DNA of 32,000 bases from Nitrososphaera viennensis EN76 (GTDB taxonomy: Archaea > Thermoproteota > Nitrososphaeria > Nitrososphaerales > Nitrososphaeraceae): the NCBI RefSeq assembly GCF_000698785.1, contig NZ_CP007536.1, forward strand, positions 1,140,001 to 1,172,000, read 5' to 3'. Below, piece by piece: positions 9,501-15,647 of the stretch (position 1 is the first letter of the stretch; every line of letters begins with the position of its first letter). The notes under the pieces were generated by a model. That model ran no database searches, was not told where the DNA came from, and was given only the letters and a program-made list of their open reading frames with translations. The position numbers and the translations under genes were made by a program.

Positions 9501-9869
9501 GACCATCACCGGCATGTCGCCGATGTGGATGAAGCGCGATTCGAGTATCTTGCCGTCCTCGACGACGGAGCACTCTAGCATTATCGGAGAAGCGTACGTC
9601 AGGTTGCGCAGGCGCGCCTCCATAGGCGCGACGTGCGTGATAGAGCCATCAAGCTCCATTATCCTTGGCTGCTGCAACTTGACTTTGCCAAGTTTTATCT
9701 TGTACGGGTATTCGGCGGTCTCGATTTCAATCTCGCCCACCTCGTCGATAATGCTCTGAAGCCCGCGCTCCATAAACTCGTTATAAGAATTCAGGTGCTG
9801 TCGCGCGACCCCTTCCCTTCTCAAAATGTCATTGATAATCGGCCACATCTCGATAGAATTCTCTATCAT
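6516..9869 (-). CDS. rpoB: DNA-directed RNA polymerase subunit B (unsplit, 1117 aa)
   Basis: It has the GDKFASRHGQKGV motif and the C-terminal Zn ribbon CERCGLLAYYDVKQRRYVCRVCG. It sits between rpoH and rpoA. Confidence 0.97.
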   Translation of the reverse strand: MIENSIEMWPIINDILRREGVARQHLNSYNEFMERGLQSIIDEVGEIEIETAEYPYKIKLGKVKLQQPRIMELDGSITHVAPMEARLRNLTYASPIMLECSVVEDGKILESRFIHIGDMPVMVKSNTCILHNLPEVKLVEYGEDPRDPGGYFVINGSERVIVGLEDLSYNKIIVDTEETTGTLLYKAKVYSSIVGYRAKLELIMRPDGSIVTKIPGSPVDIPLITLIRALGLEADKDIADSVSLSELIQDELEPSFEKAGDVASSRDAIVYISKRIAPGMLEEFQIKRAETLLDWGLLPHIGKNPENRHEKALFLGEAASKLIELKLGWIEADDKDHYGNKVIKFAGQMLADLFRTAFRNLIRDMKYQLERSGQKRGINAVAAAVRPGIVSDKLNNAIATGNWGRGRVGVTQLLDRTNYMSTISHLRRIQSPLSRSQPNFEARDLHATHFGRICPAETPEGSNCGLVKNLALSAIISVNVLSAEVTEKLYELGVQNVDEASEKLRAAGTRVFVDGRLIGYVEKGDGLAETLRGMRRSGKVHPHVGIYLYSSQNENATKRLYISCNAGRVMRPLVVLKDGKPLVTMEIIEKVSKKFLSWMDLLYMGVIELVDANEEENSYVAMEPKKVEAGKHTHLEIFPSAILGVGASIIPYPEHNQSPRNTYESAMAKQSLGFSTPLMNASTYVRQHFMLYPQIPVVSTKAINLLGLEDRPTGQNCVVAVLPFEGYNIEDAVVFNKSSVDRGLGRTFFYRIYEAEAKQYPGGMKDTFELPQADANIRGYRGEKAYRLLEADGAIMHEAVVNGGDILIGRTSPPRFMEEYKEFEVKGPYRRDTSVGVRPSENGVVDTVIITQSVEGGKMYKIRVRDMRIPEIGDKFASRHGQKGVVGMLVNQEDVPYTEDGLVPDVMINPHAFPSRMTVGMFMESLGGKAASLRGKIADGSAFLGEKLDDIKGAMEQYGFKYTGKEVMYDGRTGRRFPADVYVGVVYYQKLHHMVADKIHSRARGQVQMLTKQPTEGRARGGGLRFGEMERDCLIAYGASMMLKDRLLEESDKAEVNVCERCGLLAYYDVKQRRYVCRVCGEKAKISSVVIAYAFKLLLQEMMSLNVAPRLLAKEKV

Positions 9870-9878
9870 ATGAAGTAC

Positions 9879-10127
9879 TCACCCTTCCACCACGTAGCGG
9901 TAATATACACTTTCACCCGCAGTTGGGCTCTTTCTCGTGATCTTGATGATGTCGCCAGGCCTCACGTCCAGGTCCTCGATGGCCTTGTCGCCCATCAGGA
10001 TGTACGGGAGCTGGCCTGGCTTGGCGTTGTATTTTTTCAGCACTTCTTCAGCCTCCGCTTTGGGCAGGATCTCGTGCTTTGGCTGGTACACGTGGTTTGT
10101 TATCTTGACTACTTTCTTTTCAGACAA
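9879..10127 (-). CDS. rpoH: DNA-directed RNA polymerase subunit H (Rpb5 C-terminal domain homologue)
   Basis: 82 aa: ...HEILPKAEAEEVLKKYNAKPGQLPYILMGDKAIEDLDVRPGDIIKITRKSPTAGESVYYRYV. The start codon is TTG (caa at 10125-10127), with GGAGGT about 12 nt upstream. It is first in the rpoH-B-A operon. Confidence 0.9.
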   Translation of the reverse strand: MSEKKVVKITNHVYQPKHEILPKAEAEEVLKKYNAKPGQLPYILMGDKAIEDLDVRPGDIIKITRKSPTAGESVYYRYVVEG

Positions 10128-10388
10128 TGGATGCCACTACCTCCACAGGCGACGCTGACAGCGACAACAATAGCTTGTGCTCAAGAGAAAACATCAAAGT
10201 CAAACTGATGAATAAAAAAATAGTATATTTAAGCATTGTGAATATTTGATCCAAAAGCCGATTTTATTTGGAAAATTGAGAGATGCTTTTTCGGAGGGTT
10301 GTCCGAAATGAGTACAGACATTAGAGTTCCTGCACAAAAAGGATAAATAGTAACGGAAATATAGCGTGTTAGGTGTGCATGAGGGATA

Positions 10389-11204
10389 ATGGAGTATAAA
10401 GCGTACGCACTAATGGCAATATTGCTGGCATCTGTTGCGGCTGTCGGCACATTTGGCACTGCATATGCACAAACTAGCAGTGGCCTTACCGTAGCGACAG
10501 ACAAGACAGACTACAGCACAGGCGACACCGTCAAAATCTCCGGAAACGTCGGTGTAACCCCGACAGGCCAACCACTCATTCTCCAAGTATTCAATCCAAA
10601 CGGCGCAGCATACAGGTTCGACCAAGTCCCCGTGGCTGCTGATGGATCGTATACTTATGATTTGAAGGTCGGTGGCAATCTGGGCATAACCGGCGACTAC
10701 AGGACAGTGGTCAGCTACAATGGCGTCTCAAAGGAGACAACATTCAGCTTCACAAGCACAACAGGCGAATGGAGAGTAGCCAAGCTAACAATCGACGGCC
10801 AGACATACGACATCAACTACCAGATCACTGGTGGTTCACTCAGGAGCCTAACTGGCGACCCAGCGACGACAACAATCACCGCAATGATCACGGCTACTGC
10901 AGACGGTGAGCTGAAGATCCAGCTTCCAAGGAACATCGCAGACTCGAAGAACGACAACGGCACCGACAGCGAATACGTGATCTTTGTCGATGACGTCGAG
11001 GACTTTGCTGAAGACGACATGGGCAGTGCCACGAGGACTCTGACCATCCCGTTCGCGGCGCAGTCTGAGCAGATTGACATCGTTGGCACCTTCCTGGTCC
11101 CAGAGTTCGGTGCAATCGCTGCAATCGTCTTGGCAGTCGCAATCGTCGGCATAATCGTCGCCACGACAAGGTACAGCAAGTTCAGCTTCTTGCCAAAGAT
11201 GTAA
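10389..11204 (+). CDS. Secreted surface protein with a PEFG-CTERM archaeal sorting signal
   Basis: It has an N-terminal signal peptide (MAILLASVAAVGTFGTAYA-Q) and a Thr/Gly-rich beta-type body. The C-terminus is ...FLVPEFGAIAAIVLAVAIVGIIVATTRYSK, i.e. a PEFG motif, a TM helix, and a basic tail. Confidence 0.85.
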   Translation: MEYKAYALMAILLASVAAVGTFGTAYAQTSSGLTVATDKTDYSTGDTVKISGNVGVTPTGQPLILQVFNPNGAAYRFDQVPVAADGSYTYDLKVGGNLGITGDYRTVVSYNGVSKETTFSFTSTTGEWRVAKLTIDGQTYDINYQITGGSLRSLTGDPATTTITAMITATADGELKIQLPRNIADSKNDNGTDSEYVIFVDDVEDFAEDDMGSATRTLTIPFAAQSEQIDIVGTFLVPEFGAIAAIVLAVAIVGIIVATTRYSKFSFLPKM

Positions 11205-11207
11205 GGC

Positions 11208-11247
11208 AGGCTGGACGAGCCTCTCTTTTTCCTTTTTCATTTTTTTA
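11208..11247 (+). terminator. Small hairpin plus three oligo-T runs downstream of the PEFG-CTERM gene
   Basis: aggct-ggacg-agcct forms a stem, followed by ctctcTTTTTccTTTTTcaTTTTTTTatt immediately after the TAA stop at 11202-11204. Confidence 0.5.
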
Positions 11248-11309
11248 TTGACAGAAACTACCGCAAGGTATTGTTTGTCATGTTATTTGTTGAAAACTTG
11301 GATGATTGA

Positions 11310-11413
11310 TGGGGCCTTCGGAGGGATTTGAACCCTCCTCAAGCGGTGTCTGCCGAAACAATTTCAGAACAGTCCACAGCCGCCTATACTCACCAGGCTA
11401 TACTACGAAGGCC
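11310..11413 (-). tRNA. tRNA-His (anticodon GUG) with a 26-nt intron at the canonical 37/38 position; G-1 and 3' CCA are genome-encoded
   Basis: Hand-folded from the minus strand: G(-1) GCCTTCG TA GTAT-AGCCTGGTGA-GTAT A GGCGG CTGTGG[intron ACTGTTCTGAAATTGTTTCGGCAGAC]A CCGCT TGAG GAGGG-TTCAAAT-CCCTC CGAAGGC C CCA. The acceptor has 7 bp, the anticodon stem is GGCGG/CCGCU, and the T-loop is TTCAAAT. The discriminator C73 opposite G-1 is the His identity pair. I place the intron at about 11348..11373. Confidence 0.9.
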
Positions 11414-11438
11414 GCCAGTGCAATTTGCGGGAAGCACA

Positions 11439-11446
11439 TTATATAA
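11439..11446 (-). promoter_or_regulatory. TATA box of the tRNA-His gene
   Basis: TTATATAA is centred about 29 nt upstream of the tRNA 5' end (11413). Confidence 0.5.
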
Positions 11447-11645
11447 TCGTTCGAATCCCGCGCTAAACAGACGAATCAGAAAATGTATGCCGATTTAGCG
11501 TGAATAGCCGATTAGAGAATTTTCAGGTAACACATCAACAGACAAGAAATAGTCTCAACACGGCTGAGAGATATGAAATTTTATCAGGCGTGTTTATTTA
11601 GATAGTTACAGAAAGGATGCCAACTCTCTTCTTGTTTCCGATAAA

Positions 11646-12287
11646 TTGGTTTTCATAACATGCATCCGTAAATTATTGGACAAAGTATATCAGTCCACGA
11701 AAAAAGTCAGGGAAACGTTAGCGGGAGGAGCTGCGGCTGCTTTTGCGATTGCCGCAGCCCTGATGCTGGGCGTGTCTGCAACAAACTCTGTTGCGCAGCA
11801 ATCTGCAATGTCTACAAATGCAACTTCTTCAACGCCGGTGGATGGATACAACGCTCCGCAGGGACATCTTGCCGCAATAAGGCACATCTTTGATGACCCG
11901 TCTCTCAGGGTGCACCATTACTGCAAGCCAAATGACAAGATAGTGGCGGTCTGCCAGCTCTACGATACCAATTCTGCCAATGCCACTTTGATAGGAATAG
12001 AGTACGTCATAACGCAGGACCAGTACAATTCGCTTCCAGACAGGGAAAAGCCGTACTGGCACGCCCACAGGGTGGAATTTGCGCCAGACAGGGCCGACGT
12101 CCAGATGCCGGACTTGACTCCAGAGCAAGCAAAGGCCGTGATGTCACAGCTGGCTCCCACATGGGGCAAGGTGGTTATCACTTGGAACCCGAACGATGAA
12201 TTGCCGTCCTTTCCGCCACAGGTAGAGCTTGTCGACCACCCGTTCATGCTCAATGCCACCATAACAAGCAGCAACAGCACACAATAG
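11646..12287 (+). CDS. Secreted DUF1264 / OBAP (oil-body-associated protein)-family protein
   Basis: VHHYC...VCQLYDTNSANATLIGIEYVITQDQYNSLPDREKPYWHAHRVEF...TWGKVVITW matches my recollection of the plant OBAP/DUF1264 core (AHHFC...QCLIFD...ARLIGLEYIVSEKLF..LPDDEKKLWHTHEWEV...TYGKVFHFW). A signal-peptide-like segment (KKVRETLAGGAAAAFAIAAALMLGVSATNSVAQ-Q) precedes it. There is no in-frame ATG upstream of the signal peptide, so the start is TTG 11646 or TTG 11676. Confidence 0.78.
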   Translation: MVFITCIRKLLDKVYQSTKKVRETLAGGAAAAFAIAAALMLGVSATNSVAQQSAMSTNATSSTPVDGYNAPQGHLAAIRHIFDDPSLRVHHYCKPNDKIVAVCQLYDTNSANATLIGIEYVITQDQYNSLPDREKPYWHAHRVEFAPDRADVQMPDLTPEQAKAVMSQLAPTWGKVVITWNPNDELPSFPPQVELVDHPFMLNATITSSNSTQ

Positions 12288-12302
12288 TCAGGTTCGCCAT
12301 CT

Positions 12303-12318
12303 CCCACTTCTTTTTTTT
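12303..12318 (+). terminator. T8 run downstream of the DUF1264 gene
   Basis: cccacttcTTTTTTTTga begins 16 nt after the TAG stop (12285-12287). Confidence 0.45.
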
Positions 12319-12395
12319 GATTTCACAAGGCGTACAGATCTTGGTAAATTTTGACGAGCTTTTGCAGATCAGCTTATTATCGTCGTACAGAATCA

Positions 12396-13220
12396 TTACC
12401 TGGAGGGCAAGAGCCCTATCCTGACTGTTTCAAGGTCAAGGTCTTTTTCCAGCTTGTCGGCAAGCGCGTTCAAGCCAAGCGAGTCGCCTGCAAGGTGGCC
12501 AAGGACTACAAGGTTTCCTTGCAGTTTTTCCTCGCGCATTTTCACCAGGTCGCCATAGTCGACGTGCAGATAGATGACAGTGTCGACGCCGTGCTGGAAA
12601 TACGCCTTGGCAATGGAATATCCGCCGTTGGTGCCTGCCGCTATCACGAGCGCCCAGTGGCCAGCCTTGTTTTTTTCGCTTCCGTGCCTTACCTGCACTT
12701 TGGTTGCAGCGTGGCGGAATTCCGGTATCCTTCCTACAGACTCTACAATGTCAGAGACGTATTCCGTCCTGCCCGACTCTATCTTGGCCAAAATGGCCTG
12801 CCTCATGTACTCGTCGCAGGGCTGGTGTATGTTGACAAGCGGCATGTTCATCGCCCTTGCCGCGCCCACCACGTCGTCGTAAATGTCTGCGTGCGTCCTT
12901 GTCTCGACCCGCTCTTTCAGTTTCGCTGTCGCTTCCTTGGCGACCTTTTTTGGCACGCCGTGCTCGACCATGTAGTCGGTGTGCCTGTCAAAGACCTTGT
13001 AAAAGTTGATTGCGGCTATCCCAATCGGGTGGTGCGCAATGACGGCGTCGCACCCGAGGCTCTTTGCAAGCAAGAGCTCTGCAGTCCCGACGTCGACTGC
13101 CACCATCACTTTCTTGATGTTCCTGCCCTTGACGTGCACCATGCTGTCGGCAGGCATTTTTTTCCACCCTGCAAGTTCCAGCCCAGCCTTCATTATTCGC
13201 TCCGTGTCAACACCAGACAT
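12396..13220 (-). CDS. NIF3-like dinuclear-metal-centre protein (YbgI/DUF34 family; historically annotated as GTP cyclohydrolase 1 type 2 homologue)
   Basis: 274 aa with GCDAVIAHHPIG (the family HHP motif). It also has the late H/D-rich motifs ...VIYLHVDYGD...VLGHLAGDS. Confidence 0.8.
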   Translation of the reverse strand: MSGVDTERIMKAGLELAGWKKMPADSMVHVKGRNIKKVMVAVDVGTAELLLAKSLGCDAVIAHHPIGIAAINFYKVFDRHTDYMVEHGVPKKVAKEATAKLKERVETRTHADIYDDVVGAARAMNMPLVNIHQPCDEYMRQAILAKIESGRTEYVSDIVESVGRIPEFRHAATKVQVRHGSEKNKAGHWALVIAAGTNGGYSIAKAYFQHGVDTVIYLHVDYGDLVKMREEKLQGNLVVLGHLAGDSLGLNALADKLEKDLDLETVRIGLLPSR

Positions 13221-13243
13221 ATAGCCAGCCTGTGACGCGGTGC

Positions 13244-13254
13244 AAAATTTAAAT
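13244..13254. promoter_or_regulatory. Palindromic TATA-like element (AAAATTTAAAT) shared by the divergent NIF3-like and taw1 genes
   Basis: ATTTAAAT is its own reverse complement. Its centre is about 29 nt from the NIF3-like ATG (13220) and about 39 nt from the taw1 ATG (13288). It is the only AT-rich element in the 67-nt spacer. Confidence 0.35.
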
Positions 13255-13287
13255 CTGATCCGGCCATTTCAACTGCTGTAGAGAGAG

Positions 13288-14319
13288 ATGAGCTGCTCCG
13301 ACGAGTATTTCTCGCACTCAACAGGCGAAGATGATGACCTGATACAGATAACGCCCGCGGTCAAGGAGAAGCTCAGAAAGGCCAAGTACGGCGTCTACAA
13401 CCACTCGGCGGTGGAGCTGTGCCACTGGACGAAAAAGTCGTTTGCAAACGAGGGCACCTGCTACAAGCACAAGTTCTACGGCATATCGACGCACCAGTGC
13501 ATGGAGATGACCCCGACTGCCATGAACTGCGAAAACAGGTGCGTGTACTGCTGGCGGCCGGCGGAATTCTATGACACGCTTGAAATGCCGGAGCAGATGG
13601 TAGACGAGCCCGAAGTCATCGTCCAGAACCTGATGGCCGAGCGCAAGAAGCTGATAAACGGGTTTTACGGCAGGTCCAAGAACGACAAGGCCAAGCTTGA
13701 TGAATCATTGCTGCCGGCGCACTATGCCATCTCTCTTTCCGGCGAGCCGACAATGTATCCAAAACTGCCGCAGCTGATAAAATACCTGAAGACGCTAAAG
13801 GCCACGAAATCAATATTCCTTGTCACAAACGGCCAGGAGCCGGACATGCTGCGCAGGCTTGAAAGCGAGGACGCGCTCCCGACGCAGATCTACCTTTCGA
13901 CAAACGCGTCGAACAAGAAAATGTTTTTGCAGGTAAACCGACCGCGCCACAGGGACGCGTGGGAACGCTGGCAGGACAGCCTGCGCTTTCTGTCCACCGT
14001 CGACACAAGGACGGTCCTGCGCATGACGATGATCCGCGGCTACAACGACGGCGCAGACGACATCGAGGATTTTGCAAGGGTGATGTCCGAAGGAGACCCA
14101 CACTTTATCGAGATCAAGTCGTACATGCACGTCGGCATGTCCACCCAGCGCCTGAAGAGGGACAACATGCTTGGCATGGATGAGGTGCGCGCCTACGCAG
14201 GCAGGCTGTGCGAGAAAATGCCGGCGTTTTCAGTGATGGACGAAAGCGAGGTTTCCAGGATTGTCGTACTGCAGAACAAGAGCCGTTACGTCGACCGCTG
14301 GATCAAGTCGTATCTTTAG
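13288..14319 (+). CDS. taw1: tRNA 4-demethylwyosine synthase Taw1/Tyw1 (radical SAM)
   Basis: It has the radical-SAM motif CENRCVYC. Upstream are the auxiliary-cluster cysteines CHWTKKSFANEGTCYKHKFYGISTHQC. Length and overall pattern are typical of archaeal Taw1. Confidence 0.9.
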   Translation: MSCSDEYFSHSTGEDDDLIQITPAVKEKLRKAKYGVYNHSAVELCHWTKKSFANEGTCYKHKFYGISTHQCMEMTPTAMNCENRCVYCWRPAEFYDTLEMPEQMVDEPEVIVQNLMAERKKLINGFYGRSKNDKAKLDESLLPAHYAISLSGEPTMYPKLPQLIKYLKTLKATKSIFLVTNGQEPDMLRRLESEDALPTQIYLSTNASNKKMFLQVNRPRHRDAWERWQDSLRFLSTVDTRTVLRMTMIRGYNDGADDIEDFARVMSEGDPHFIEIKSYMHVGMSTQRLKRDNMLGMDEVRAYAGRLCEKMPAFSVMDESEVSRIVVLQNKSRYVDRWIKSYL

Positions 14320-14321
14320 CG
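14285..14321 (+). repeat. Direct repeat, copy 1 (37 nt, identical to 14358..14394)
   Basis: gttacgtcgaccgctggatcaagtcgtatctttagcg. It encodes the last 11 codons and the stop of taw1. Confidence 0.95.
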
Positions 14322-14357
14322 TGGTATAACGCTCTGTCGCCTGAGAACATGAAGATA

Positions 14358-14394
14358 GTTACGTCGACCGCTGGATCAAGTCGTATCTTTAGCG
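14358..14394 (+). repeat. Direct repeat, copy 2 (37 nt, identical to 14285..14321)
   Basis: The same 37-mer sits 73 nt downstream. Its reverse complement supplies the last codons and the stop (AKDTT*) of rdgB. Confidence 0.95.
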
Positions 14395-14945
14395 AGCCAC
14401 CACGCGGCAAACTTGTCAAGCGCCATTTTCCTGTGCGAATAGTCGTTCTTGCTGCTTGCCAGCTCGGCAAAGGTTGTTGCGCCCGCTCCTTCCGGCACGA
14501 ATATGGGGTCATAGCCCCAGCCACCCTGTGCGATTTTTTCAGAGATCCGGCCTTGGACTTTGCCTTCAAACAGATGAATGTCGTTGCCGCCGTCAAAAAA
14601 GGCGACGAGCGAGCGAAACGACGCAGAGCGATCTTTTTTGCCTTCAAGCAGTTTCAGTATGCCGGCGTTTCCTATGGTCTTGAAAACGTACGACGAGTAC
14701 TGGCCCGGAAAGCCTGCAAGCGCGTCGACGTAGAGCCCGTCGTCTTCCACTATCACCGGCTTTTTGACCTTGGCGTACGCGCTCCTTGCCTTTTCCTTGG
14801 CGATTTCTTCAAGCGAGTCTGACTGGATTTCCACAAGCTCCAGCCGGGCAAAACCTGCCCGTATCCCCTTTGCGGCAAGTATCGACTCGACTTCGTGGAA
14901 CTTGTTCTGGTTGGTGCTTGCAAATGTTATTGTTGTTGCCTGCAA
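14376..14945 (-). CDS. rdgB: Non-canonical purine NTP pyrophosphatase (dITP/XTP pyrophosphatase, HAM1/RdgB family)
   Basis: Motifs ITFASTNQNKFHEV, GFPGQYS, WGYDPIF, and SHRKMAL. The start is TTG (14945), with no upstream in-frame ATG. Confidence 0.9.
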   Translation of the reverse strand: MQATTITFASTNQNKFHEVESILAAKGIRAGFARLELVEIQSDSLEEIAKEKARSAYAKVKKPVIVEDDGLYVDALAGFPGQYSSYVFKTIGNAGILKLLEGKKDRSASFRSLVAFFDGGNDIHLFEGKVQGRISEKIAQGGWGYDPIFVPEGAGATTFAELASSKNDYSHRKMALDKFAAWWLAKDTT

Positions 14946-14971
14946 CTGCAGGGGTGTTGTTGTCGCAGGCG

Positions 14972-14979
14972 GATAAAAA
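14972..14979 (-). promoter_or_regulatory. TATA box (cgTTTTTATC) for rdgB
   Basis: Its centre is about 30 nt upstream of TTG 14945. The same CGTTTTTATC decamer precedes bud32. Confidence 0.45.
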
Positions 14980-14996
14980 CGAGATCATCATCATTT

Positions 14997-15614
14997 TCAT
15001 GCCACGCGGGCGTACCTGCCCCGCTGCTCTATCTCCCTTACGTTTTCAAGGATTTTTGCGGTCCTTTTCTTGCCGGCCACGCTTTCGTAGCCCTTGACAA
15101 AGCTTGAAAACGCGCCCCTGACGGAAATGTGGGCGCTCGTAAACACCTCCTTTATGAGCCGGACGTCAACTGCCATGTCCTCCGTCCGTTCTGAATAGTA
15201 AGAAAGGCCAAAGTCAAGGAGGACGAGCCGGTCGCCGTCGCCGGCGGAGATAAAGTTTGAAGTCGTCAGGTCGCCGTGCACTATCCCGGCGGCATGCAAG
15301 AGCGCGGCGCAGCGGCCCATCTCCCTGCACAGTTTTACGGTGAGCGCGTCCCTTGCAGGCGTGCCTTCCACGCGCTCCATGATTATCTCCGCCCTTTCGG
15401 GGTCGACAAAGTAGACAAGCGGGGCGCGCACGCCGGCTGACTTTGCAGCCGACATGAATCCTGCCTCGTGCACAGTCCGCTGCCTCCTTATCGACAAGTC
15501 AAGGGCGCTGTGGCGGTACGGCTTTGGCTCCCGCACCTTTGCTACCGCCGGCCTGCCGCGCCAGCCGGTAAGGTAGATGTCAGCCTCGGCGCCCTTTTTC
15601 AAAAGCTGCTGCAA
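14997..15614 (-). CDS. bud32: KEOPS kinase/ATPase Bud32 (Kae1-associated kinase)
   Basis: Motifs LLKKGAEADIYL, HGDLTTSNFI (catalytic loop), and LLDFGLS (DFG). I place the start at TTG 15614, giving (M)QQLLKKGAEA and 205 aa. The track ORF's extension to 15758 overlaps the divergent gene and precedes the expected N-terminus. Confidence 0.85.
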   Translation of the reverse strand: MQQLLKKGAEADIYLTGWRGRPAVAKVREPKPYRHSALDLSIRRQRTVHEAGFMSAAKSAGVRAPLVYFVDPERAEIIMERVEGTPARDALTVKLCREMGRCAALLHAAGIVHGDLTTSNFISAGDGDRLVLLDFGLSYYSERTEDMAVDVRLIKEVFTSAHISVRGAFSSFVKGYESVAGKKRTAKILENVREIEQRGRYARVA

Positions 15615-15616
15615 TA

Positions 15617-15625
15617 GTAATATAC
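15617..15625 (+). promoter_or_regulatory. TATA-like element (GTAATATAC) for the PH-like gene
   Basis: Its centre is about 27 nt upstream of GTG 15648, consistent with a leaderless transcript. Confidence 0.4.
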
Positions 15626-15638
15626 CGTCTAAAGTGGA

Positions 15639-15646
15639 GATAAAAA
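15639..15646 (-). promoter_or_regulatory. TATA box (cgTTTTTATC) for bud32
   Basis: Its centre is about 28 nt upstream of TTG 15614. It abuts the GTG start of the divergent gene. Confidence 0.45.
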
Positions 15647-15647
15647 C

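Noticed and set aside
10205-10211. CTGATGA (C-box-like) with a CTGA nearby in the rpoH/PEFG intergenic region, a possible C/D box sRNA
   Set aside because: The box order and spacing are wrong: the D-like box precedes the C-like box. There are no C'/D' boxes or terminal stem, and the preceding base is not a purine.
10229-10504. 91-aa minus-strand ORF overlapping the start of the PEFG-CTERM gene
   Set aside because: It spans the AT-rich promoter region and runs antisense to a convincing signal peptide. It has no start context or homology.
11448-11456. T-loop-like GTTCGAATC on the plus strand, a possible second tRNA
   Set aside because: The flanking bases (aatcg / cccgc) cannot form a T-stem, and no acceptor or anticodon arms can be drawn. 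The element sits in the tRNA-His promoter region.
12351-13235. 294-aa plus-strand ORF opposite the NIF3-like gene
   Set aside because: The minus-strand product has clear family motifs (AVIAHHP). The plus-strand translation is Arg/Val/Phe/Cys-rich nonsense.
14208-14822. 204-aa plus-strand ORF spanning the taw1 3' end, the repeat region and rdgB antisense
   Set aside because: It runs out of frame through the taw1 terminus and antisense to rdgB, which has strong HAM1 motifs. It is an artefact of few stop codons in GC-rich DNA.
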